Translations under genes and position numbers: made by a program
In this document: piece by piece, positions 51,491 through 63,137 of the stretch
How positions within the stretch are numbered: position 1 is the first letter of the stretch
Layout: each line of letters begins with the position of its first letter
NCBI GenBank assembly: GCA_052327205.1
Contig: CM126207.1
Span: 209,436,001-209,500,000, forward strand
Reading direction: 5' to 3'
Length of the DNA stretch: 64,000 bases
From: Somniosus microcephalus
Lineage: Eukaryota
The notes under the pieces: model-generated
What the model saw: only the letters and a program-made list of their open reading frames with translations
The model's database searches: none
Told to the model about the DNA's origin: nothing

Positions 51491-51806
51491 CATCAAACCC
51501 ACCCACGGGGCCTCCTGCTACATCAAACCCACCTCCAGGACCTCCCGCTACATCAAACCCACCTCCCGGACCTCCCGCTACATCAAACCCACCCCCGGGA
51601 CCTCCCGCTACATCAAACCCACCCCCGGGACCTCCCGCTACATCAAACCCACCCCCGGGACCTCCCGCTACATCAAACCCACCCCCAGGACCTCCCGCTA
51701 CATCAAACCCTCCCCCAGGACCTCCCGCTACATCAAACCACCCCCAGGACCTCCCAATACATCAAACCCAGCCCCAGGGCCTCCCGCTACATCAAACCCA
51801 CCCCCA
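51491..51806. repeat. 30-bp minisatellite, about 10.5 copies (CATCAAACCCACCCCCGGGACCTCCCGCTA)
   Basis: Directly visible period of 30. Confidence 0.97.
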
Positions 51807-52934
51807 TAAGCGCAAAAGGATCACCCAGTTAATTAAATCAGTGAATTGTTATCATTTCTAAACAAGTATTTCACATTCAGTTAGTTTATGAAATCAATCT
51901 CAAATGGATACAATTGCAAAAGCGAGTGCAGCTTTACTGAAATGTTCCCCTTTCCCTGTAGCTTTCTTTACTTATTCACAAACGCTTGATAATTGTATAT
52001 GAAGATTTACAGTGAAAGGCTGCACACTGCTTCTCCCTCTGATGCAAGCTTCTCTAATTTTACTTCAAATCCTCTGTTTTCTTCAGTTACACAGCAATAA
52101 AAGGAAGTGATTGTCAGTGTTATTCATCCTCATATGGTAATCTTTAGCCACTGACATGTTTTCCTCCCACAGCTCCAAATGATAATGCAGTTATCTCTGT
52201 TGCCTAGTAACCCACATTTCAGCTGCCCTAGCCAGTCTAGTAATACTGATTCTACTTACACATTTTACAAGATGTCTAGGTGATGTAATCTATCTGCTCC
52301 ACATTGCTCATCAGCAAGTGTTACAGCAGGCAATCGCCACCTGGGATAAAACCACTTTATAAAGTGAACTTACTGGCTTGAATACAAATGCTGTATTTCA
52401 AAGAGCAAAACCATTCCTATGGGGCCATATAAAACAAAATCTTCATGAAAAGGTACTCAGCAAACCGTAATCGTTTGAAGAGAGAGCGAGCAGAGCCATG
52501 AGCCATTTATCATCACTTCATGAGCAAAGGATACAATGAGTTCCTGCCATAATTGACATGTTTTGTCAACAAAAAGGAAATGCTAGGCATTTTAAATGAA
52601 GACAATACCTCTAAGGCCTAGTGTGGCTCTCCAAGGCCTTTAAGGCAACAACGATTTCACAGAAAATCTTGTGCTCTTTCAAAAAATACTTTTGTAAAGT
52701 GATGATTCATTTGGAGAGCACTGTGAAGACAATCATCCAGGTATCGAAGATCTTGGGCTCATTTAGTTTCTTATCTCCAAGTCGTGCACAAGTCAATGTG
52801 GCCAGCTTCTCTAGTCTCTCCACATAAATACTGGGGATAAATTAAAAGGAGACTGAATCTCGGTTCATTCAAACCCCCAGTACCAACATCTCATAACACC
52901 AAGGTCCAGGAAGTTGTAGCAAACACAGCAATTT

Positions 52935-53372
52935 GACCGAGGCTGAACCAGACTGTTTGCAACCTTGGTGTCATATTTGATCCTGAAATGAGCTTCCGAC
53001 CACACATCGACACCATCACTAAGACCGCCTATTTCCACCTCCGGAACATCGCCTGACTCCGGCCCTGCCTCAGCTCATCTGCTGCTGAAACCCTCATCCA
53101 TGCCTTTGTTACCTCTAGACTTGATTATTCCAACGCACTCCTGTCCGGCCTCCCACATTCCACCCTATGTAAACTTGAGGGCGTACAAAACTCGGCTGCC
53201 CACGGCCTAACTCGCACCAAGTCCCGTTCACCCATCTCCCCTGTGCTCGCTGACCTACATTGGCTCCCGGTTAAGCAACGCCTTGATTTTAAAATTCTCA
53301 TCCTTGTTTTCAAATCCCTCCATGGCCTCGCCCCTCCCCATCTCTGTAATCTTCCCCAGCTCCACAATCTCA
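52935..53372 (+). mobile_element. L2 fragment
   Basis: Matches about 6570-6995. Confidence 0.9.
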
Positions 53373-53417
53373 GGTTATTAAAAAAAAATCAACGTTTCTG
53401 TAAGGAGTGTTACTCAC

Positions 53418-53481
53418 CTTTCATTCTCACGTGGAATTCTCCTAACTGGTTCTCTAGCTCACTCTCCATTGTGCACATACT
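53418..53481 (-). CDS. RIPOR1: RIPOR1 exon, 64 bp (SMCTMESELENQLGEFHVRMK-G)
   Basis: ctccag|AGT, AAG|gtgagt; phase 0/1. Confidence 0.95.
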
Positions 53482-53679
53482 CTGGAGTAAAAGAAAAGGG
53501 CTTTTTCACTTTGGTACATTGGTGTTTCTCAATTAAAAACAAAGTCAATAGTTAGGACATCACATGCTCCTGATCTACAATTGTTATAGAAATCAGACCA
53601 TTTCCCTTCTAGCTGCTTTGATGCCCGCTTGGGATCTGATCTGGTCAGTCTCAGTTCAATGCCTAATGGACATAAATCA

Positions 53680-53914
53680 TGATGTGCCTCAATGAATCCG
53701 AGACTCAACGTTAACAGAGCAAAGCAAGGCTTTTATTAACTCAAAGTAATACAAGCAGGAGAAGTGTCTCTCATCCAGAGATCTGCTGTACTGCCTGTGA
53801 GACATGCTGGGGCCTGCTTAAGTAGGGGCCAGGTATGGGCGGAGCCCTACACACAATACAATACAGGTAAGGAAATGAAACTGAAACTAAACTCCCCTGC
53901 TTGTCACAGTCACA
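53680..53914 (-). mobile_element. Solo LTR, 235 bp (Gypsy-like by TSD length)
   Basis: TG...CA termini; 4-bp TSD ATCA (53676-53679, 53915-53918); minus-strand order is ISRE-like, GC box, TATA-like TACTTAAG, AATAAA (53737-53732). Confidence 0.7.
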
Positions 53915-54336
53915 ATCAAACACAGAGAATACAGAGTACCTGATGAATGGCATATTTCATCACAAATCACACAGTAGAAAACTGACCAACTGCCACCATT
54001 TTGCTCTTGCACATCAGATAAGTGCAACACAGACAACACTGTGGAGTGGTAGAATGTGGCTGCATGCTCAAGATTCCCTATGTGGGGAGGTCTAGTGTTG
54101 GCCATGCTGTTAAAAGCCGAGCAGAAGCTAGGCATTCTGACTTCTCCACTCCTCCCCAGAGGGCAAGGCAAAAATTGGTGGGCAATTGACCATGGACACT
54201 GCTGTGCTCACCTAGTTGCTGATTACAGAATGGGAGAGGCATGGGAGAAGGTTCTTGCCTGCCCTCACAATCAGGGAACATTGTATCGTGCTTTGGGGTG
54301 GAGGCAGGGCCAGAATATAGAATAAAATGGTATCAC

Positions 54337-54803
54337 AGCCTTGGCTCAGTTGGTAGCACTCTCACCTCTGAGTCAGAAGGTTGTGGGTTAAAGTCCCACT
54401 CCAGGGAATTGAGCACATAAAGCTAGGCTGACACTCCAGTGCAGTACTGAGGGAGTGCTGCAGTGTTGGAGGTGCCGTCTTTTGGATGAGACGTTAAACC
54501 GAAACCCCGTCTGCCCTCTCGGGAGGACGTAAAAGATCCCATAGCACTATTTCAAAGAAGAGCAGGGGAGTTATCCCCGGTGTCCTGCCCAATATTTATC
54601 CCTCAACTAACATAACAAAAACAGATTATCTGGTCATTATCACATTGCTGTTTGTGGGAGCTTGCTGTGTGCAAATTGGCTACCGCGTTTCCCACATTAC
54701 AACAGCGACTCCATTTCAAAAAAGTACTTCATTCATTGACTTTAAAGTGCTTTGAGACGTCCGGTGGTTATGAAAGATGCTATGTAAATGCAAGTCTTTC
54801 TTT
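54337..54803 (+). mobile_element. Full-length Deu-domain SINE (SacSINE1-like)
   Basis: A box TGGCTCAGTTGG, B-box-like motif, conserved core, L2-like tail ending gcaagtctttcttt. Confidence 0.88.
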
Positions 54804-55463
54804 ATTTTACAAATTTACAGAAGCTATACTAACAATTTACAATGTACCAGTCAATGTGTCCAGTTTAGATTGTCAATGGTGCATAATAAAATACACAAGC
54901 ACTGGAAAAGACAGAAGGGAAACAGCACTGACCCGGAGTGTAAAGGAGATGAACAATGAGGAATGGTTAGAGGAACTTCAGCTTCTCAGTCTGGAATAAT
55001 AGGTATGTGGAGAAAATCTCAGAAATAAATAAAATACTGAATGGTATAGATAAGGGAAACTCAGATTATTTCAAGAAAGTAGGCCAGAGGACATAAATTT
55101 AAATTAGGGAACAGCAAATTTAGAATAGATAGAAAAAGAATTTGCATTTTTATAGCGCATGATCTCAGGACGTCCCAAAGCACTTCTCAGCCAATAAAGT
55201 AGTTTTGAAGTGTAGTCACCGTTACCAGCAAACACAGAAGCAGGGAATGAAGCTGGGACCTTCCTGATCCGTATGGCTCAGTAACACAACATGGACTATA
55301 CTTAGACATCACAATGCTGTATTAAGGAAACTGTGTGTTACTTTGACAAATGACCTTTGCATTTATGCTTCAAAGATCCAGTCCAGGCTCTGGACAGCAA
55401 GTGCACCAAGCACAGCGCCATTTCCTAACTTCCTAGGTACAATCTTTCAGTTCCTGGCTTTAC

Positions 55464-55613
55464 CTCCGTGTATTCTTTGTAGCCCTTGTTAGCTTCAGCC
55501 AAGCTCTCTCTTGCTTCTTTGCTGGTTTGAGACACAGAATAAGCACGCACCATGTTGTTTGCACCATCCCGTAATCTTCGTTGGATGCAGTAAGATTCAT
55601 ACAGCTCATCAAT
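55464..55613 (-). CDS. RIPOR1: RIPOR1 exon, 150 bp (IDELYESYCIQRRLRDGANNMVRAY...KEYTE)
   Basis: ttgcag|ATT acceptor, GAG|gtaaag donor; phase 0/0. Confidence 0.96.
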
Positions 55614-57369
55614 CTGCAACAAATTTAAAAGAAAATAAATCAGGCAGTCATCTACTTTACCAGAATGATGCTGCGGGTGCAGCGGAGATCAGACTTTATT
55701 AAGCAGATATTGTATACCATAGGTTTTCAAACCAGGGCCCAAGGAGGTGTGTATATACTGGGGGGGGTCTCCTCACACAGCACGGTTGTAACACTCATCT
55801 TAAACAAATGCCCCACGTGCTTTAGAAATGGGAGTTTTCAGGAACTGACAGAAGGTCTATTATATTTTATACATTTCATTAAAAAGGTTTTGATAAATAT
55901 AGCTGAGAGGTCTGTTTGGACTGGAGGTAGAGTGAACGGTTAACTTGAATGCCACTGCAAAAGATTTACAGCTGAAGCATCCCATTGACTAGAATTTCCC
56001 TATAAATGGGATTGTGTTTTTGCCTCTCCCCAATTTATTCCCCCTCCTCTCCCGATGAAAGTTCAGCTCCATCAGCACCAGGCACCTTCATGTGCAAGTC
56101 AAGACAGCAAATGGTGATGGGCTGTGCACCACGAGAGACTGTTACATTGTTAGAGGTGCAGTCTTTTGGATCAAACATTAAACCATATTCCTGTCTGCCT
56201 GTTCTGGTGGACGGACAGGATCCTGCAGCACTATTCGAAGGAGGATAGAGGAGTTCTCCCAGTGTCCTGGCCAACATGCCCCTGAAGCAACACCACCAAA
56301 ACAGATTAACCAGTCACTTATCTCATTGTGGTTGGGAGATCTTGCTGCGCTCAAATTGGTTACATTTGCTTACATAACAGTGACTACACTTGAAAAATAA
56401 TTCTTTACTTGAAGTACTTTGGGATGCCTTAAAGGCATAAAAAGGTACGAGATAAATACAAGCTCTTTCATTCGTGTACACTTTCTAGTGCGGTGTGCCA
56501 CTGAATTGTGACCAGGAGCTGGAAATTTGAGCTACTTTTCCTCTCCCTAACCTGCAATGCTGAGGCCAGTTGCAATGGCGCTATCACCGCTTCAACTGAG
56601 ATCAGCCACTTCATTACAAACCAGCGACTGAACCAGACTTACAGATCGCAATAGGCTAGGTTTAGAATTTCTAATTCCTATTTAAAAAAAGGAAAAAAAT
56701 CCCACTGAATTTAGAAAATTTAAAATGACAAAGAGATTGCCAAACTGGGCACCGCTCCCAGTATCCACAGGAGATTCTAAGTACTGGAACACAGTGACAA
56801 AGGCTGACAGACACACACTGGCAGAGTGAAATAGCTCCCTTTGTAACACATATCATCATGTAGCAGTTCACTGGAACACACCTTCTCTTTAATGAGTCCT
56901 CTATGAGCTGGCATTGTGTTGCCACTTACTATAGACATTAGGCACTTTGTACAACTAACAGAAAGAAACCGTTCCACAATCAGGAACTGTAGCCAGGATG
57001 CTGCCACATGACAGCTAACTACAATTATCTGAATTTTCACATAATTCTCTGTTATAAAGGGAGATGTTTATAAACCGACTGGTCCTCCTCGGTCTTCCCT
57101 TGTTCCCATGCTTTGGGGTTTAAAATTGGTGCTCAGAAGTAGTCAGGGAACAGGCTCTGTAAAACTGATCTTCGTCGGAACAAAAGTAATTGATGTAAAA
57201 CCGTGCTCCAGTTAGATCATGAATTAGGGACATTAAACTGTGGCCAGCATTCCCTAAGTCACTGAAAAAGATCTAAAATGTGTCACTGAAGGGGAGGTGG
57301 AGGAGGGAAATTAAAATTTCTACCTTCCCCCACCAGCAGCCAAGGCAGTCAGTAGAGACAAGGAAGGTT

Positions 57370-57526
57370 CAAAGATGTGCGGGTTAGGATGATTGGCTAT
57401 GATAAATTGACCCTTGGTGTTAGGGGGATTAAATACGTGGGGTTACGGGGATAGGGTGGGATATGTGTTGGTGCAGGCTCGATGGGCCGAAATGGCCTCT
57501 ATCTGCACTGTGGGGTTTCTGTGGTT
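57370..57526 (+). mobile_element. 5'-truncated HE1-type SINE, same subfamily as 15492
   Basis: Near-identical to the reverse complement of 15492-15758 but with one 37-bp unit. Confidence 0.88.
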
Positions 57527-57860
57527 CCAGGTCTGGTCCCTGCTCTGTTGAGGGGGGCAGTGCAATTGGCCTCAGTGTGCATGTTGCGTGGAGGCAGAGG
57601 AAAAAAAAAGAGAATGGTCACGGTCTCTGATCCCGATTGCAACTCCTGCTCCAAGTTCAGATGCCTGGACTTCAGGTGATCATCTAAAAACGCTCTCTGT
57701 TTAGGTTCACACATAAGCAATAGGCACTTTAGTGAGGTGCCAGAGGGAACTAGCACCTGTGGAACCATACCCCCCAATAAGCAAACAGTGCCTTCACGAA
57801 AGGGAGAAAATTGGCAGAGCTTTTACATAAAATGTCTGCTCTCAAAGTAGCTTTTAATAG

Positions 57861-59110
57861 TTATAACTTGTATTTATAAAGCGCCTTCGACATAGTAAAA
57901 TATTGTGTCAGCCGTGGCTCATTGAGTACCACTCTCGCCTCCGAGTCAGTAGGTTGTGGGTTCAAGTCCAACTCCAGAGACTTGAGCACACAAATCCAGG
58001 CCGACACTCCAGTGCGGTACTGAAGGAGCGCTGCACTGTCAGAGGTGCTGTCTTTCAGATGAGACATTAAACCGAGGATCCGTCTGCCCTCAGGTGGACG
58101 TAAAAGATCCCAAGGCACTATCTTGAAGAGGAGCAGGGGAGTTATCCCCGGTGTCCTGGCCAATACTTATCCCTCAATCAACATCACTTTAAAAACAAAT
58201 ACAAATGATCTGGTCATTATAACAGTTTGTGGGAGCTTGCTGTGCACAAATTGGCTGCTTCGTTTCCTACATTACAACAGTGACTACACTTCAAAAGTAC
58301 TTCATTGGCTGCAAAGCACTTTGGGACGTTCTGAGGTCGTGAAAGGCGCTATAGAAATGCAAGCTTTTTTTTATTTTATCTCAAGGCGCTTCACAGGAAT
58401 GTTATCAAACAAAATTTGACACCGACCCACATAAGAGAGATATTAGGGCAGGGAAAGAGGTAGGTTTTAAAGAGCTACTTAAAAGGAGGAGGGGTGGGGA
58501 AGTTTAGGGAGGAAATTCCAGAACTTATGCCCTCGGCAGCTGAAAGCACGGCTGCCAACGGCGGAGCGATTAAAATCGGGGATATCCAAGAGGCCAAAAT
58601 TGGGGGAATGCAGAGATCTTGGGAGGGTTATAGGGGAGAGATGGGGAAGGATTTGAAAACGAGGAGAACTTTTTTTTAATAATAATATAAATTGGGCGTT
58701 GCCAGACCAGGAACCAATGTAGGTCAATGAGCACAGGGGTAATGGGTGAACAGGACTTGGTGCGAGCTAGGATACAGGCAGCAGAATTTGGATAAGCTCA
58801 AGTTTATGGAGGGTGGAAGATGGGAGGCTGGCCAGGAGAGGATTGGAGTAGTCAAGTCTAGAGATAACAAAGGCATGGAGGAGGGTTTCAGCAGCAGATG
58901 AGCAGAGACCGGGGCGGAGATGAACGATTTACAGAGGTGGGTGTATGGGGATTTGGTGATGGGGCGGATATGTGGTCGGAAGCTAATCACAGGGTCAAAT
59001 ACGACACCAAGGTTGCGAACGGTCTGGTTCAGCCTCAGACAGAGGCCAGGGAGAGGGATGCAGTCGGTGGCGAGGGAACGTACAAGTGAGAGCAAGACAT
59101 GCTGCAAGTG
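57861..59110 (-). mobile_element. L2 3' fragment interrupted by a SINE
   Basis: Tail at 57861-57905 resumes at about 58378; collinear with 951-1740. Confidence 0.85.
57906..58372 (+). mobile_element. Full-length Deu-domain SINE nested in the L2 tail
   Basis: Collinear with the copy at 54337. Confidence 0.88.
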
Positions 59111-59274
59111 TGGAGGTCTCTGCCTTTATACATTTTAGGATTTGGGTTGCTATTTAGATGAAAGTTGTTTCATTTAAAATTCTTCACAATGGCAACTAAA
59201 CCATTAAATAGCTGTTACTTTGACACTTATTCTGTTAGTCCTTTGAAAGCCTCATTATATTAGGGACATTGATA

Positions 59275-60068
59275 AAATGGGGCAAATTGGCTGTGTCAGT
59301 AAGTGAGAGGTGATGCATTTTGGTATATAAAAAATAACTGCAGTAATGATACTCTGAATGGAAGCAGGCTCAGTGCTGTGGAAGAGCAGAGGGACTTTGG
59401 GGATACCGGATGTTAAAAGCAGCGCCTCAGGTTGACAAGGTTGTAAAAAGCAACGAATGGAATTCTAGGTTCTATCTCAAAAGTATAGAATATAAAAGCC
59501 AAGAGGTAATGATGAGCCGATATAAAACCTTAATGAGGCCTCAGTTAGAGTACTGCGTGCAGCACTGATCCACACTATAGGAAGGATAGTGAGGCTTTAG
59601 AGAGGGTATAACACAGATTTACAAGAATGCTGCCTGCTATGAGGAAATACAAATACTAAGGAAGACTCAAAAAGTTGGGTCTTCTTTTAGTTAACGCAGA
59701 CTACAAGGCAATATAATAGAAGCTCTAAAATCATGTAAGGTTGGGCGGGGTAGACAGAAGCAGACTGTTTTCAGTAGTTGAGGAGCAAAAACAAAAGGGC
59801 CATAGATACAAGATTCAATGCAAGAGATTTAGAACAGAGGGCAAGAGAAACTTCTTTAAAAAGGAGATTTGGGAGGTTGTAGAATTCACTTCCAGGGTTC
59901 GTGGTTGAGGCAGAAACTATGTCAACATTGAAGATTAGATTGAATAAGTGGAAGAAAAAGGGTCCGAATATGATTAGAACTATTTGGTTGAGTGGAGCGT
60001 AAACGCCGACACGGACTGCGTGGACCGAACGGCCTGTTTCCACGTTGTAGCTTCTTTGTATTTCTATG
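59275..60068 (+). mobile_element. Old CR1 3' fragment
   Basis: YKTLMRPQLEYCVQ-type remnant at about 59520; tail tggaccgaacggcctgtttcc. Confidence 0.8.
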
Positions 60069-60949
60069 TCTGGTTCAGTTTAAGAAGCCGTGAGCCACAT
60101 ATGCCCAGCTGAGCCACACTGTAGGCATGTTAATAACACCGTGCCAAAAGTAGGTTAAAAGAAACCAATAACAAGCAATAGAAAGGCAGGAAGGAATTAA
60201 TGAACACTTTCGAGTCAGCAATAGTGCTTCTGCAATTCTAATAAATCTGTAAGACAGTGCTTCAGTCTTTGCCCAACTCAATCATACAAATGTTATTTAG
60301 CAATAACCTGTACACACTGCACCATTAAGCCGCAATGATGTATTTATTTCAGAACTGCTTTTCTTAAAGGGCACTCGTTTACCACAAGACTGGAAGAACC
60401 AACTCCTCCAGTCTGATTGAATAACCCCCTCCCCACACTAATGCAGTGCGTTTAGGCAGCCCGTCAAGTCTCATGTTAAAAGCACGCCACTCCTTTTGCT
60501 TTTGAAACCTTCACTATAAAAGTTTGAGATGACCTCATATCCACAAGTGCTGAAGATCACGTGACACACCAACTGCATCTGGAGCAGAGATGAGCTCACG
60601 GCCCTCAGATAAAAGACCACAGCAGCTAAAGCTGAACGTTCATTACATGGTTAGTGTATAAACACTGAACGATGAACTGGCTTGGCTTTCCTACCCACAT
60701 AAAAATTTCAGCTTAACTCAAATCACCATCAGCACCACAAGATTACCAGTTCGTCGTTCTAGTCCAGAGCAGCAGCTCTGGTCAGTCTGATACAACATTT
60801 ACTTGACAGACACACGCACACACCAAGAACACGGCAGAATCACTTGAGCTCACTTCATCCAGAGGATAAGCATCGTCTGTTTTAAGTTGAACTTCTTTCA
60901 CCTATTTGACCATGTGATCAACATCCTAACTCAGCTCCGTGGCCTATTA

Positions 60950-61327
60950 CAGGAAGCTCTCGATTTACCAGTACCTAAATAACCGGAAATCTCTGTTAAT
61001 CGGCAAAATTCAGGAGTAGGTTCAGGTAAGTTTTACTTCATATTAGTGGCCGTTCCTGGATCTGTGGCCGTGTAACCAGGGCTCCTGCACCTGTTGCTAA
61101 GCAACAGGGATGCCTGGATTTTGTGGCTGGGGTTCCTGCACCTGTTGCTAAACAACAGGGACGCCTGGATCTTGTGGCCTGGGTTCCTGCACCTGTTGCT
61201 AAGCAACACAGAAGCCTGGATATGTTGCTGTGTACGGGGCTCTCGTACCTTTTACTATACCTCTCTGTAATCCGGACTTTTTGATAAACCAGCACCACGC
61301 CGGTCCCGGATAAGAGAGAGTTTCCTG
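60950..61327. mobile_element. Tc1/mariner (pogo/Tigger-like) MITE, 378 bp, with an internal 3 x 51-bp repeat
   Basis: TA on both flanks (60948-60949, 61328-61329); TIR CAGGAAGCTCTC / CAGGAAACTCTC. Confidence 0.72.
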
Positions 61328-62731
61328 TACAACTCAAATGCTTGGATGATGCAGGAAACCATTTTTTTTTTTTTTTTTTAAATAGACACAATGACTGGAT
61401 AAACCAATATATTGACAGACAATCCAAATTTATTCATTAATTTTCTAATACAGAAACTTAAAATTAACCTTAAAAAATAAATATAACCAAAGCACAAAGG
61501 ACAGAAATTCAGTCATGAAGACCAGTGGAAGCCTGGCTGCTGGAATTTGCTCATCAGTGTATTTTAAGCAGTGACACACTAAATGAGTCACTGAAGGCAA
61601 GCAAAGTCAAAATGAAAATAAGCAGACTCACTGAAGAGACTGTGGAGCTGCTGAAAAACAAGCAAAGACTTAGTGTATGTGCTACGTAAAATGTTGCCAC
61701 TTAAAATCTTTTATGAAATATCTTGGATTAAGAATAAATCATTTGGAAATTCATATAGCTGCACTTTTGGGGGCAAAAAGATTGGAGTTTTGGTTGCGGC
61801 CCATGTGCAAATTAATCTTTTTCCTGGGAAAGGTCTCAACTTTGCCTGATAATTCAGGGTGAACACATCAGTACAGTAGACAATCGCGAAGATTTGAGCC
61901 GCAGCCCCTCTAACCACTTCATGCTAGTAGCTACGCAGCTATGGAATGAAACTTTGCAGCAATTGTTTCTGTTAATTTGTACACGAACAATATAATTTAA
62001 CCTAGCAGAGTCTAGTGCATTAACATTCAGTTTGGGGTCAGAAGCAGCATGCACCATGAAAGGAGGCACTGTGCAGACCATAAAAACAGCTTCATCATTG
62101 CAGGCTTGTACACATCTTCCCCGGCCACTGTGTGAGGCCATCAGCCCCAGGGAAATGACTGTTGACTGCGATTTTAAAACGGCACGTGCGCAAGTTTGTA
62201 CACACACTTGTTTTAAAGCGCATCTGGCCACTGTAGAAACAGCTCATAGTGTGAATGAAGCCGTTTCTGTGGCAACACGAGCTGTAGGCAATATGTAGAA
62301 CCGTATCAATAGCAGTACTGCAATACAAGTGCCGTAAGGAGAGCTTGCAGCTAGCAAGAAAGGCTCCAAAAAAAAATTGGGACTTTTTTCCCTCTGCAAT
62401 GGAGATGGTTGGGGAAATCCAAAGTTGGTTTTCAAAATTGAGGTTTTGAGGGGGAAAATAGTAAGAAAGACTGTTTGCTACAATGGGTCACAGACTCAGG
62501 ATTATCACAAGATGACATTTTCTCCTCAGAGCCTCATGAGAACTTGCAATGGTTTACCACAAGTGACTAGTGAGGAAGAGGCTAGGTAAGTATTTCAAAA
62601 ACAAAGGATACAGGGATATGGGATGAGAGTAGATAGCACCAGTTGAAGAGATAGCACAGGCACAGATGTGATGGACCAAATGGCCTCCTTCTGTGCATTA
62701 AATGTTAAGATTCGTTAAGAGACTTGCACAT

Positions 62732-63137
62732 GGGAACAGTAGCACAGTGGCTATGTTACTGATCTAGAATGATCCAGAGGCATGAGTTCAAATCCCACCA
62801 CGCAGCTGGGGAATTTGAATTCAGTTAATTTAATAAAATCTGGAATAACAAGCTAGCATCTAAAAAAAGTGACCATGAAACTACTAGATTGTCATAAAGA
62901 CCCATCTGGTGCATTAATGCCCCCTTTAGGGAAGGAAACCTGTCGTCCTTACCTGGTCTGGCCTATGTGTGACTCAAGACTCACAGCAATGTGACTGAAT
63001 CTTAAATGCCCCTCTGAAATGGCCCAGCAAGCCACTTAGTTGTCAAGAAGGTGTTTCACCACCACCTTCTCAAGGGCAATTAGGGATGGACAATAAATGA
63101 TGGCTTTGCCAGCGACGCCCACACAATGAATGAAAAG
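62732..63137 (+). mobile_element. tRNA-derived SINE (Meta-SINE-like); tail shared with the LINE at 33421
   Basis: B box GAGTTCAAATCCC; core ...tttagggaaggaaacctgtcgtccttacctggtctggcc...; tail caccaccttctcaagggcaattagggatgg. Confidence 0.78.

Larger units (their letters stand above)
3222..55613 (-). other. RIPOR1: RIPOR1 (FAM65A) gene body, partial: 15 internal coding exons
   Basis: Spliced translation is open and collinear with vertebrate RIPOR1 as recalled (RRLRDGA.NMVRAY, PPDTPSLREQAFYNMLRRQEELENG, RTLSHISEASVDAA, GPLRC.E..AL..LLREA); all phases compatible. Confidence 0.95.

Noticed and set aside
51360-51861. Collagen-like or repetitive ORFs (PPPGPPATSN)n and (YIKPTPGTSR)n
   Set aside because: Translation of a 30-bp minisatellite; no Gly-X-Y periodicity or splice context.
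61079-61230. CRISPR-like array of palindromic repeats
   Set aside because: The intervening sequences are also repeated (51-bp tandem unit), the context is eukaryotic, and there are no cas genes.
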